Position numbers and translations under genes: made by a program. A DNA stretch of 60,666 bases, filler included. It is 7 parts of 7 records of this genome, joined end to end, with 100 filler letters (N's around TTAATTAATTAA, not from the genome) between each part and the next. Parts side by side here need not be neighbours in the genome. Positions count along the whole stretch, not along the records: positions 1 to 20,155 come from SRR31156797_90592; 6 more parts are not named here. One strand, written 5' to 3'. The notes under the pieces were generated by a model. That model did not search any database. It was not told the DNA's origin and worked only from the letters and a program-made list of their open reading frames with translations. Shown here piece after piece: positions 1 through 9,018 of the stretch (the first letter of the stretch is position 1; every line of letters begins with the position of its first letter).

Positions 1-33
1 CCCCTCTGGACTCCCCTTCCAGAACTTTTTAGT

Positions 34-61
34 GCCGCCTTTGGCGGAATATTCGTGATTT
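34..61. repeat. REP-like palindromic repeat at contig end, shared with 20280-20309
   Basis: GCCGCCTTTGGCGGAATATTCGTGATTT matches the reverse complement of 20280-20309 (GCCGCCTTTGGCGGAATTATTCGATGATTT) with two 1-nt indels; core hairpin CCGCC-TTT-GGCGG. Confidence 0.7.
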
Positions 62-223
62 GATGATGTAATTCAAAATAAAAAACTATCCCCTACACAA
101 AGGTCCCTTGCGCGAAGCACACCTAAAAAAATGAAGAGGGGAGATAGGGATTGGGGGGGCCAAGGAAGGCTCCTCTGCTTCCTTCTTGCCAAGGCGGGTA
201 TATATAATATACCTGTCCTCATC

Positions 224-1807
224 ATGACTTCGCCTAAAAATACATATTCTCCCACACGGGACCTGATCGCACTTGTGATCATTGCCCTGTCCTTTGCCGT
301 CCGCTACTGGTTCGTCGATTCCGGCCAACTCAATTTGGTACAGGATGAGGCTCAGTACTGGGATTGGATTCGTCGCCCACAATTATCCTATTATTCCAAG
401 GGACCGCTCATCGCATGGATGATCGCCGCTTGGACCGAGGTGTTCGGCAACACGGAACTGGGTGTCAGGTTCGGCTCCATCATCGGCATGACAGGTATTC
501 AAGCCGCCCTATACATCGGTGTGTCCAGAATATGGCGGGAATATTCCATGGCCATATTTGTCCTGTTAGTTGCTGTCACCATGCCGCTTCTGAATGGATT
601 GGGCATCCTCGCTACAACGGATAACCCCCTGATTTTCTGCTGGACGGTCGCCTTCTTTGCTCTGGCTGCCGCCACACGAAACACCCCGGACTCCACGCCA
701 TCCAACTGGCCTTTCGTCATTCTTGGATTATGTATGGCAATCGGCATTCTCGCAAAATACATGATGCTCAGCTTCTTGGGACTTGGCATTATCTACGCGC
801 TGATTTTACAGTTGCGCGGCCAAATGCCGTCCCGCTTCTGGAGACGGTTTTTTCTGGCTTCTCTGGTCGGCACAATTGTCGGCCTTGCTCCCATCATATT
901 GTGGAATATGCATAACGATTGGGTGGCCTATAAACATGTGGCCAAACTTTCCACCGGCGTAGGAAGAGAATTCTCAGTTCGTTTCATGCCGTTTCTTGAA
1001 ATGTTCGGCGCACAGATCGGCCTACTCGCTCCATGGTGGTTCATCTTCATCCTGACAGGCAGCAAAGCTGCGTTGGGTAAATCATTTTTCGGCCCGGTTG
1101 GCGCGTTCGATGCAAAATACAGACGCGACCTCCAGTCCATCCTGTTTTTCTGGCCTCTCTGGGCAATCATCACCTTCAAGGCTCTCTTCTCGAAAGTGGA
1201 AGCTAACTGGACTGCAGTTGCTTTCATGGCTGGCGCCCTGCTCGGCGGCATGGGCCTACACACGTGGTGGCACGCCCCCAACCGCAAAATGCGCGGCAAG
1301 CTCATACTCGTTACAACCGCAATCGCTGTAACAGCCTTGATCTACGTTGCACCAATTCTACCGGTCCCAGACAACTTAAATCCCACCCACCGACTCAAAG
1401 GATGGGAAAATCTCGGCGCAAAGATTGAACAGTTGACCCAAACTGAATTTGATGATCCCGCCAAAGTTTTCGCCATGAGTGATAATTACGGTTTCACCTC
1501 GGAACTCGCTTTCTACATTCCGGGTCAACCCATCACTTACTGCCCGTGGACCGACAACCGACGCATGAATCAATATGACCTCTGGCCCAACCCGGAAGCC
1601 AATGGGCAACTCGGATGGGACGGTATCATGGTGCGCAAACGCTTCCAAAAAGGACACATCGCAGAACTTGAAAAGATGTTCGACTCCGTGAGCGAACCCA
1701 TTTTCTACGAGTCGACCTTCAATGGACAACCAGCCAGAAAATTCACCCTGATTATCTGCAAAGGATACAACGGATACTGGCCGCGACTCGGACTCGGAAA
1801 ATATTAG
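224..1807 (+). CDS. ArnT/PMT-like (GT-C) membrane glycosyltransferase
   Basis: DEAQYWDW...YYSKGPLIAW motif and many TM helices. The ORF opens at 131; ATG 224 (MTSPKN) is the more plausible start because the extension overlaps a repeat region. Confidence 0.85.
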   Translation: MTSPKNTYSPTRDLIALVIIALSFAVRYWFVDSGQLNLVQDEAQYWDWIRRPQLSYYSKGPLIAWMIAAWTEVFGNTELGVRFGSIIGMTGIQAALYIGVSRIWREYSMAIFVLLVAVTMPLLNGLGILATTDNPLIFCWTVAFFALAAATRNTPDSTPSNWPFVILGLCMAIGILAKYMMLSFLGLGIIYALILQLRGQMPSRFWRRFFLASLVGTIVGLAPIILWNMHNDWVAYKHVAKLSTGVGREFSVRFMPFLEMFGAQIGLLAPWWFIFILTGSKAALGKSFFGPVGAFDAKYRRDLQSILFFWPLWAIITFKALFSKVEANWTAVAFMAGALLGGMGLHTWWHAPNRKMRGKLILVTTAIAVTALIYVAPILPVPDNLNPTHRLKGWENLGAKIEQLTQTEFDDPAKVFAMSDNYGFTSELAFYIPGQPITYCPWTDNRRMNQYDLWPNPEANGQLGWDGIMVRKRFQKGHIAELEKMFDSVSEPIFYESTFNGQPARKFTLIICKGYNGYWPRLGLGKY

Positions 1808-1819
1808 ATTTTCCACAGA

Positions 1820-1883
1820 TACTCCATAAAAAATAGACTTCACCCGCTCATAAGCGTGGGTGGAGTCTATTTTTTATGGAGTA
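1820..1883. terminator. Long inverted repeat, probable terminator
   Basis: TACTCCATAAAAAATAGACT (1820-1839) and AGTCTATTTTTTATGGAGTA (1864-1883) are perfect 20-bp complements with further inner pairing; starts 12 nt after the stop codon. Confidence 0.7.
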
Positions 1884-2041
1884 CTTATTTTAATCAACAA
1901 AAAGACAATTATTGCAATTCCTTTGAAGCTCTAAGACTTTTGGCTTTTTATTCGAAATGCCTCACCTATGGCAGGGTTCTTGCTTAATTAAAAGCAAGTG
2001 GAACCAGTTCATACTCGCGGGAAAAGGCGCAAAGATTCATC

Positions 2042-2827
2042 GTGCAAAAAGCAATTCTCATACTCGTAATCTTCCTTTCACCGGGGTGTGCCGCGGTGCC
2101 GTTTGGCATCGGGCTCATCCCCGGTGCGCCGGCATACGTCTCATCACTCGTCGGCGGCAGCCAATCCATGTATGCCACGGCAGTGGATGAACGGACAACT
2201 GAACAGCAAATGATGGATGCCATCATAGCCGGCCATGCTCAGGCGGAACTGTACAAAAGCAAAGAAGTCCGGGCCGGACAAATCACCACATACAGCTACT
2301 TCGGAAAACTCTATCTTGTCGGAGAGTACGATTCTCAGGAACAACTCAGATATATCTATGAATGTGCTGACAACGTGAAAGGAAAACGTGCGATCATCAG
2401 TTGTCTTTATCTCCGCAAAGACATGGAAGAAAACGAATATTTCCACGAACAGGCCAAGTATGCGGACCTTCAAACGCAACTCATGGCTGACTTCGAAGTA
2501 ACAAGTACGCCCATCGAAGTAGAAATCATTCACGGAGACATGATTCTACTCGGAGTCATCAAGGAAAAAGAGGAACGAGATCGGATCATGGCCCACGCTT
2601 TAAGTGTAGATGGCATCGACCGGGTGATTTCGTATCTCTATCATCAGGAGAATGCAGGACCAGAGCCGCACATCATGGTGGCAGGCCTCACGCCTTCACC
2701 GAATAAAAGCATTGCCCCTCCGCCCCAAAAAAAGCCCAAGAGCAAACAAAACCGCCCTGTTACCGTCAAAAAAGAGGCACCAGCAGTCCCCGTGTTAGCC
2801 GTCTCCAACCCGGACCGGGGCCGCTAA
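2042..2827 (+). CDS. BON-domain lipoprotein (DolP/YraP/OsmY-like)
   Basis: Lipobox-like LSPGC, DERT...D motif, two BON-like segments (LYLVGEY; MILLGVI) and a Pro/Lys-rich tail. Confidence 0.8.
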   Translation: MQKAILILVIFLSPGCAAVPFGIGLIPGAPAYVSSLVGGSQSMYATAVDERTTEQQMMDAIIAGHAQAELYKSKEVRAGQITTYSYFGKLYLVGEYDSQEQLRYIYECADNVKGKRAIISCLYLRKDMEENEYFHEQAKYADLQTQLMADFEVTSTPIEVEIIHGDMILLGVIKEKEERDRIMAHALSVDGIDRVISYLYHQENAGPEPHIMVAGLTPSPNKSIAPPPQKKPKSKQNRPVTVKKEAPAVPVLAVSNPDRGR

Positions 2828-2858
2828 CCCCGTCCACGGCTCAATTCGGGAATTTCAA

Positions 2859-2893
2859 AAGAAGACCGCCTGTCATCCTCGGGCGGTTTTCTT
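2859..2893. terminator. Bidirectional intrinsic terminator between convergent genes
   Basis: AAGAAGACCGCC...GGCGGTTTTCTT stem-loop. Confidence 0.7.
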
Positions 2894-2904
2894 CTGTCCC
2901 AAAT

Positions 2905-3909
2905 TTAGAAACGATAGGTAAACTGTCCGGTCAAACTAGTCCGCCCACCATAACTCACTTCAACCAACGCCTGCATTCTCTGAGAGAAATCCCACATACC
3001 GCCCATAAGAACAGAATAGGGATTCTTGGTGGTAAAAATCAGATCATAATTAAGCTCACGGGACCCTGGACCAGGCAAAATATTCGTCTCAATGGAACCA
3101 TGTAGTCGTTCTTCCAGATCAAGATACATGACCCCAGCCCAGAAGCTCCCCTTTCCATACTGTTCCGAATCCACAAGAATACCAACCCTCGGGGTGACAG
3201 TATATGTTTCGATTTCTCCATCAAGAAAATCCAGCTCGGTTCTGGCCATATTCATATCCAATGACCCAAAATATTGCTTGTAGCCACCGGCAAGAGTCAA
3301 ACCGAGCCCACCGGTGTACCCCGTATAGTCACTGTCGATATCCAACTGAAAATCATCAACAACAGTCCCTCCAAGCGTAAATCCGGCCACGTTCACACGG
3401 ATATCCGCATGGCCTGCGATAACCCCGGCAAAACCATATACATTGAGGAATGGGAACAACCAAACATCGGCTCTGCCCAGCATGGTCGCGCTAATGACTT
3501 CGGAGCCCTCCAGATCAATTCCCGGTCGGGCCGAAGGATCACCGAATCCGAACTTGAGTTTTTCGATCTTCGGTTCCTGTCGCTGTACCAAACTCGTGAG
3601 ACTCAACCCGAAAGGTAAAGGTAACTCATACCCCTTGGCCCGAGCGTCATCCCCCCATATTGGCAACAACCGTGTGGACGGTTCAACGGGTTCAAACTCT
3701 TCTTCATGCGGGTCATCTATCGGAAAATATTCAGGATCCTTCGTTGGAGTCGAAGCTGCTGACATTTTGATCCAGTTATGCTCCGACTCCTTTCTACCAG
3801 AGGTCCAATCCCATTGGTCAAGCAGAGACTGCTCTGCAGCTCGGGCAGGTTGAAACCAAAACAAACAACTGACAACTATAAAAAGGCAAAAAAAAGCATT
3901 GCGGATCAT
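2905..3909 (-). CDS. Outer-membrane beta-barrel protein of unknown function
   Basis: Signal peptide (PARA-AE), LPIWG..A..KGYELPLPFG motif, amphipathic strands and C-terminal YRF; ATGA overlap with the upstream pilD stop. Confidence 0.7.
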   Translation of the reverse strand: MIRNAFFCLFIVVSCLFWFQPARAAEQSLLDQWDWTSGRKESEHNWIKMSAASTPTKDPEYFPIDDPHEEEFEPVEPSTRLLPIWGDDARAKGYELPLPFGLSLTSLVQRQEPKIEKLKFGFGDPSARPGIDLEGSEVISATMLGRADVWLFPFLNVYGFAGVIAGHADIRVNVAGFTLGGTVVDDFQLDIDSDYTGYTGGLGLTLAGGYKQYFGSLDMNMARTELDFLDGEIETYTVTPRVGILVDSEQYGKGSFWAGVMYLDLEERLHGSIETNILPGPGSRELNYDLIFTTKNPYSVLMGGMWDFSQRMQALVEVSYGGRTSLTGQFTYRF

Positions 3910-4688
3910 AGATCCCACCAAGCCATGATTTCTTTGCCGTACAAAAGATACACCATACACCCAAGGCTGAGAAACGGGCCGTATGGCACCTTTCCCCGAA
4001 TACCGTCCTCACCGGGACGGAACGCATAATAGATGCTGCCAAGGCCTCCTGACAACGATCCGACAAGAATGGTTAATGGCAACCCGACCAATCCGGTCAT
4101 ACCGCCTATCATGGCCATGAGTTTGACGTCGCCCGTCCCCAATCCTTCTTCATTGCGGACCAAACGATATCCCTGTTGCAAAACCCAAAAAGCACCGGCA
4201 CCAGCCACTGCGCCAAGGAAAGCACTGTGCCATCCCACACCATTCTCAAGGAAAAAGCTGGCTCCAAGTGCGAGGCAGGTTCCGCCCAATGTAATACGAT
4301 CAGGCAGAAGAAATGTCTCAAAATCAATAAAACTTCCGGCAATAAGCATGACGCCAAGGATCAGATATACTCCCCACTCCGGGGACAGCCCAAAACGGTA
4401 GGCCGAAGCCAAAGCCCAAGCCATGCAGGAAAGCTCGACCAGTATATACTGGCCACCAATGGACTCGTCGCAATGCCGACACCGTCCTCTCAGCACAATA
4501 AAACTCACTAAAGGAATCGTATCGAGCATCCCGAGTTTATGTTCACACGACGGACAGCGGGACCCACCCGGTTTAAGAATGGGCACCTCGTCTATCCATC
4601 GTTGAATGAATATGGTGGTCAAACTGCCAAGTTCCAGACCGATGACCCCGGCAGCCAGATAGAAAATCCATGTAGGAATAGTGTCCAT
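3906..4688 (-). CDS. pilD: Prepilin peptidase (A24A)
   Basis: SRCPSC...GRCRHC Zn motifs, FIDFE (Asp1), GLGTGDVKL (Asp2), PYGPFL. Confidence 0.92.
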   Translation of the reverse strand: MDTIPTWIFYLAAGVIGLELGSLTTIFIQRWIDEVPILKPGGSRCPSCEHKLGMLDTIPLVSFIVLRGRCRHCDESIGGQYILVELSCMAWALASAYRFGLSPEWGVYLILGVMLIAGSFIDFETFLLPDRITLGGTCLALGASFFLENGVGWHSAFLGAVAGAGAFWVLQQGYRLVRNEEGLGTGDVKLMAMIGGMTGLVGLPLTILVGSLSGGLGSIYYAFRPGEDGIRGKVPYGPFLSLGCMVYLLYGKEIMAWWDL

Positions 4689-4819
4689 AATGTCCCTCGG
4701 CACTTGAAGAGTTGCCGTTTTTACTGCATGAATACCGCGAGAGCAGCATCCTAGGAACTATCGGATTTCACAATCCGGCACAAGAGGATAGCAGACAGAA
4801 CGCATTAAGGGAGCCACGC

Positions 4820-6109
4820 ATGGACCATCGTTTTATTCCACATCTGACAGAAGAACAGATTGCCGACATCCAGCTTGAGGGACTGAAGTGGACCACGGCC
4901 CACGCTTATGCCAACAGCCCATTCTATCAGGCTCGACTCAATGACGCAGGGATGAAGCCCGGTGACATAACCTCTTTGGATGATCTTCAAAAGCTCCCAT
5001 TCACCACAGCGGACGATCTCAAAAACGGCTATCCCATGCCACTGCTTTCTGTGCCTGAATCAGATGTAGTCCGCATCCATGGCTCCAGCGGCACCACTGG
5101 CAAACGCAAGATTCTTGCCTATACCCAGAAAGACATCGAAGTTTGGCGAGACATGTTTGCCCGGTGCTATGAACTGGCCGGCCTGACCATCGAAGACCGT
5201 ATTCAGATTTGTGTAGGATACGGCCTGTGGACCGCCGGTGCAGGCTTCCAACTCGGATGCGAACGATTCGGTGCCATGGCACTTCCTGTTGGTCCCGGCC
5301 TCTTGGAAATCCAACTCCAGATGCTCACCGATCTGAAATCCACCTGCCTATGTTCAACGGCATCAATGGCCCTGCTCATGGGTGAAGAAGTCCAAAAACA
5401 GGGACTCTTCGAACAAATAGCCCTGAAAAAAGCCATTTTTGGTGCAGAAGCACACACACCCAAAATGCGCCGCCAATTTGAAGAAGCCCTCGGGCTGGAA
5501 GACAGCTTCGACATCATCGGCATGACGGAACTCTACGGTCCCGGAACCGGCCTTGAATGTCAGGCCCATGACGGTATCCATTACTGGGCCGACCGTTTCA
5601 TCATGGAAATACTGAACCCGGAAACGTTGGAGCCGGTAGCCCCCGGCGAAATTGGTGAGATGGTCGTGACTTCCCTGCAAAAAGAAGCCTCTCCTCTCAT
5701 CCGTTACCGCACCCATGACCTGACACGAAAGATTGCCGGAGACTGTGCTTGCGGTGTAACCATGCCGCGTATCGACAAGATCATGGGTCGTTCCGACGAC
5801 ATGTTCATCTTCCGTGGCGTAAATATCTACCCCGGCCAAATTGGTTCGGTGCTGGAAGAATTCAATGACCTTTCCGCAGAATACAAAATTTCACTGACAC
5901 GTCGTGACGGATTGGACCATATGGCCGTAGATGTGGAACGGACACCCGAAGCAAGCGCTTCTGACAATGAACGTCTGGCCAAAACTCTGTCCACTGAAAT
6001 CCGCAAACACATTCTGGTGCGCAGTGATGTCCGCATCCTGAATCCAGGCGAATTGCCGCGCAGTTTCGCCAAAGCGAAACGCGTACAGGACGAACGCGGC
6101 GAAGAATAA
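4820..6109 (+). CDS. paaK: Phenylacetate-CoA ligase family protein
   Basis: HGSSGTTGK AMP-binding loop, GYGLWTAG, PLIRYRTHD, GRSDDMFIFRGVNIYP; AAGGGAG RBS before ATG 4820. Confidence 0.88.
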   Translation: MDHRFIPHLTEEQIADIQLEGLKWTTAHAYANSPFYQARLNDAGMKPGDITSLDDLQKLPFTTADDLKNGYPMPLLSVPESDVVRIHGSSGTTGKRKILAYTQKDIEVWRDMFARCYELAGLTIEDRIQICVGYGLWTAGAGFQLGCERFGAMALPVGPGLLEIQLQMLTDLKSTCLCSTASMALLMGEEVQKQGLFEQIALKKAIFGAEAHTPKMRRQFEEALGLEDSFDIIGMTELYGPGTGLECQAHDGIHYWADRFIMEILNPETLEPVAPGEIGEMVVTSLQKEASPLIRYRTHDLTRKIAGDCACGVTMPRIDKIMGRSDDMFIFRGVNIYPGQIGSVLEEFNDLSAEYKISLTRRDGLDHMAVDVERTPEASASDNERLAKTLSTEIRKHILVRSDVRILNPGELPRSFAKAKRVQDERGEE

Positions 6110-6124
6110 GGCAGACTGCAAACC

Positions 6125-7669
6125 ATGCCCAGTCTGTCCGACGATCCCACCCGCCACGTGGTCATCGATCGCAGACCGGGCCGTTATATAGCCTTTCCTG
6201 ATGTCATCCGTACTGGCGAGAACTCACTGGTCGTCGCTTACAACGAAGCTGACAGACATGTCCGACCAACCAGCCGTGTCCTTGTGGTCAAAACAAGCCG
6301 GGACAACGGCAAAACGTGGTCTGAACCGACGTATCTGGACTCGCCAGCAAGCCACTGCCCTCGCCTGTATATGGCATCAGACAACGAATTGATTATTTCG
6401 GACAGCTCCCGCATCTTTCATCGCAGCCACGACAATGGGCATTCATGGACTCCGTTCCCGATAACCGGTCTGACTCACGACATGCATGACCGAATTATGG
6501 ATCTCGACAATGATGTTTTTCTGACCACCGGTCATCGTCATCTCGGCAACAAAGAGCATCCCGCCATTCGTCAACCTCCGACACAACAAATGGTCTTCCG
6601 TTCTGAAGATCGTGGCATTAATTGGGCCACCCTCTCCACCCTTGCCGAACACCGTAATCTGGTCCTATGTGAAGCATCCATGACCCAATTGCCGGATGGA
6701 CGCATTCTCGCTCTCATGCGGGAAAACAGTTTCGTTTTTGAACCAATGTATTGTTCAATCAGTAATGATAACGGCGCATCATGGTCCGTACCAGTCGATA
6801 CGCCACTCATGGGTCATCGACCAACCATGGGACGACTTCCTGACGGACGACTTCTTGTCACCTATCGAAATGTAGGGCCAGATTGGGGTACCTCCGCTTG
6901 GGTCGGCACCATGAATGAATTGAGGTCAGGCTTCAAAGTCCATGGACTCGCAGCAGATCCGGGCAACCCGACATTCACACAGGCCGGCATGCGTATTCGC
7001 AACACACCGGGCAGCGACTCAGTTGTTCGCTATGCACTCCGCCCCATGACTGACCCTCGCACGGCCACCGCAACATTAGAGGCCGAAGTCAAAGTCGATA
7101 CGGCTGACGCCAATGGTTGTGGTATTCGCTTTGGCACATGGTGGCGACTCACATCGGAACATATCACCCCGGATGTAAATGAAGCCTCTCCCATTCGCCT
7201 TCCTGCAGGACAATTCAACCACCTTTGCTTCCATTACACCGACGGGACCGTAACTTTGCACGTCAACGGCACAAAAACAGTGACTATTTCTGTTGACCCG
7301 GACCACGCTGAAACACGGCCTATCATGTTCGGCGCCCCCTATCCTTTCGAAGACAACGGCGTTGACTGTACATGGCGAAGTATGGCCCTGAATATCATGG
7401 AACCCGCATACGAAAGGAAATATAATTGGCAATGGAAGGCTGATGAAGGATTGCCTGACCACTGGGTACGTGGCCATATTCTGGAATTACGCAATGATCG
7501 GCACGCGGCAGCACCGGATTTCGGATATTCCGGTTGGACCATGCTCGAAGACGGAACTTTTTTTTGCGCCTATCATCACGGTGGAGGAACCGAAGCAGAA
7601 TATGAACCGCTCCATTCGAGCCACATCGCCGGGACATGGTTCACGCTGGACGACTTTATAACGGACTGA
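6125..7669 (+). CDS. Asp-box (BNR) beta-propeller, sialidase-superfamily protein
   Basis: Four Asp-boxes: SRDNGKTW, SHDNGHSW, SEDRGINW, SNDNGASW; C-terminal DFGYS; no signal peptide. Confidence 0.8.
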   Translation: MPSLSDDPTRHVVIDRRPGRYIAFPDVIRTGENSLVVAYNEADRHVRPTSRVLVVKTSRDNGKTWSEPTYLDSPASHCPRLYMASDNELIISDSSRIFHRSHDNGHSWTPFPITGLTHDMHDRIMDLDNDVFLTTGHRHLGNKEHPAIRQPPTQQMVFRSEDRGINWATLSTLAEHRNLVLCEASMTQLPDGRILALMRENSFVFEPMYCSISNDNGASWSVPVDTPLMGHRPTMGRLPDGRLLVTYRNVGPDWGTSAWVGTMNELRSGFKVHGLAADPGNPTFTQAGMRIRNTPGSDSVVRYALRPMTDPRTATATLEAEVKVDTADANGCGIRFGTWWRLTSEHITPDVNEASPIRLPAGQFNHLCFHYTDGTVTLHVNGTKTVTISVDPDHAETRPIMFGAPYPFEDNGVDCTWRSMALNIMEPAYERKYNWQWKADEGLPDHWVRGHILELRNDRHAAAPDFGYSGWTMLEDGTFFCAYHHGGGTEAEYEPLHSSHIAGTWFTLDDFITD

Positions 7670-7685
7670 AAATTCGAGGTACGCC

Positions 7686-7985
7686 ATGGAACGAACTGAC
7701 ATTGAACGCATTTTCGAGGCCTATTTTGAAAAATACAAAAAGACAGAAGGAGACCGAACGGCCTGGTCCGCCTTCTGGACCGAAATGACGCCCAATGGTG
7801 TGCTTGAAATAAATTTGACCAAATGCCCCAAGGGAACAACATTCAAAATTTTCGTGGATAAAAAGAAAGTAGCAGAAGCCGCTGGGTGGAACAACTATTA
7901 CTCAACAATGGAATCCATCGCAGCAAAATATCCAGGGCTCTATGATGCAGACAAAATCTTCAACGACATGGAATTCATACTCTAA
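7686..7985 (+). CDS. Hypothetical protein (99 aa)
   Basis: GAGGT RBS, 16 nt after the previous stop, soluble protein-like composition. Confidence 0.75.
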   Translation: MERTDIERIFEAYFEKYKKTEGDRTAWSAFWTEMTPNGVLEINLTKCPKGTTFKIFVDKKKVAEAAGWNNYYSTMESIAAKYPGLYDADKIFNDMEFIL

Positions 7986-8068
7986 ATATAATTTTGGACC
8001 TTCACACATTCTGCCCCTTTTCCCCTTGACGGTTCTCACACCCAAGCGTATGTCAATTTATCATAGGG

Positions 8069-8200
8069 GTTAGTGGTATCCACGGGGATACGTCCGGTAT
8101 ATCACCGGATTTCACTAACAATGGGTGAAATGATTATTGGTTGTGAAGGGCTCGCGCGCTTTTATATCCTCACTCTTGTTTCACCGGGCGAATGATCGCC
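8069..8200 (+). promoter_or_regulatory. Candidate structured 5' leader RNA of the RRM gene
   Basis: Five perfect helices: 8069-8075/8113-8119 enclosing 8076-8081/8086-8091 and 8093-8098/8104-8109; 8124-8130/8179-8185; 8187-8191/8196-8200. Confidence 0.5.
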
Positions 8201-8240
8201 TCATTCATTATTCTTTATATCTTTTGGAGTTGAGTACGTA

Positions 8241-8504
8241 ATGGCTAAGAACATTTATGTGGGCAATCTGCCCTGGAGTTCCACGGAAGAGGATGTACGC
8301 GCAGCGTTTGAAGCATACGGTGAAGTAGTCTCCGTTAAATTGATAAATGACCGTGAGACCGGTCGCCCTCGTGGCTTTGGTTTCGTGGAAATGGAAGATC
8401 AGGGTGCCCTTGAAGCTATCGAAAGCTTGGACGGTTCTGATTTTGGTGGCCGTAACATCAAAGTCAACGAAGCTCGTCCCCGCCCCGAACGTCCGCGTTG
8501 GTAG
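8241..8504 (+). CDS. RRM (RNP-1) RNA-binding protein
   Basis: RNP2 IYVGNL, RNP1 RGFGFVEM, VNEARPR. Confidence 0.95.
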   Translation: MAKNIYVGNLPWSSTEEDVRAAFEAYGEVVSVKLINDRETGRPRGFGFVEMEDQGALEAIESLDGSDFGGRNIKVNEARPRPERPRW

Positions 8505-8536
8505 ACGTTGACACTCTCGTCAATATACGACACAAC

Positions 8537-8569
8537 AAGCCCGCCCTGTCCAAAAAAGGGCGGGCTTTT
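8537..8569 (+). terminator. Intrinsic terminator after the RRM gene
   Basis: AAGCCCGCCCT/AGGGCGGGCTT stem followed by T residues. Confidence 0.85.
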
Positions 8570-8600
8570 CCCGTCTCCAAAAAACAAGAGGAAGCAATAG

Positions 8601-8819
8601 ATGGCTAAAGAAGAAGGAATCGTCGTTCAAGGCACCGTAGAAGAGGCCTTGCCCAACGCCATGTTCCGCGTTGAACTTGAGAACGGTCACACCGTACTGG
8701 CACATATTTCTGGCAAAATGCGCAAATTCCGCATCCGTGTCATGCCCGGCGACACTGTCACCGTGGAACTTTCTCCGTACGATCTCACCCGCGGCAGAAT
8801 CACCTTCCGCCCCCGGTAG
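8601..8819 (+). CDS. infA: Translation initiation factor IF-1
   Basis: MAKEE...[25 protein letters not shown]...[12 protein letters not shown]. Confidence 0.98.
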   Translation: MAKEEGIVVQGTVEEALPNAMFRVELENGHTVLAHISGKMRKFRIRVMPGDTVTVELSPYDLTRGRITFRPR

Positions 8820-8829
8820 TTCTTTCGGA

Positions 8830-8920
8830 GGTTGGGGGAAGAGGAGAGAAGGAGAACCTGGATAATGGGTTCCGTTTTCTCCTCTTCCCCCAAACCCTTC
8901 ACCTTTTTCTCTCCTTCCCA
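8830..8920. repeat. Polypurine/polypyrimidine inverted repeat (REP-like)
   Basis: TTGGGGGAAGAGGAGA (8832-8847) and TCTCCTCTTCCCCCAA (8878-8893) are perfect 16-bp complements, with inner pairing and a pyrimidine tail. Confidence 0.7.
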
Positions 8921-9018
8921 AGCCATAAGAATGCGCATATGCGCATCTGTGCGTTTGCGGTTATCTATGCTATTGTCCCAGTGTTGGGTTACACGATATT
9001 TTTTTAAAAGGAATTTTT

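Noticed and set aside
8506..8518. 13-mer CGTTGACACTCTC also found near 25705, both shortly after stop codons
   Set aside because: Only two copies with no extended similarity; cannot be distinguished from chance.
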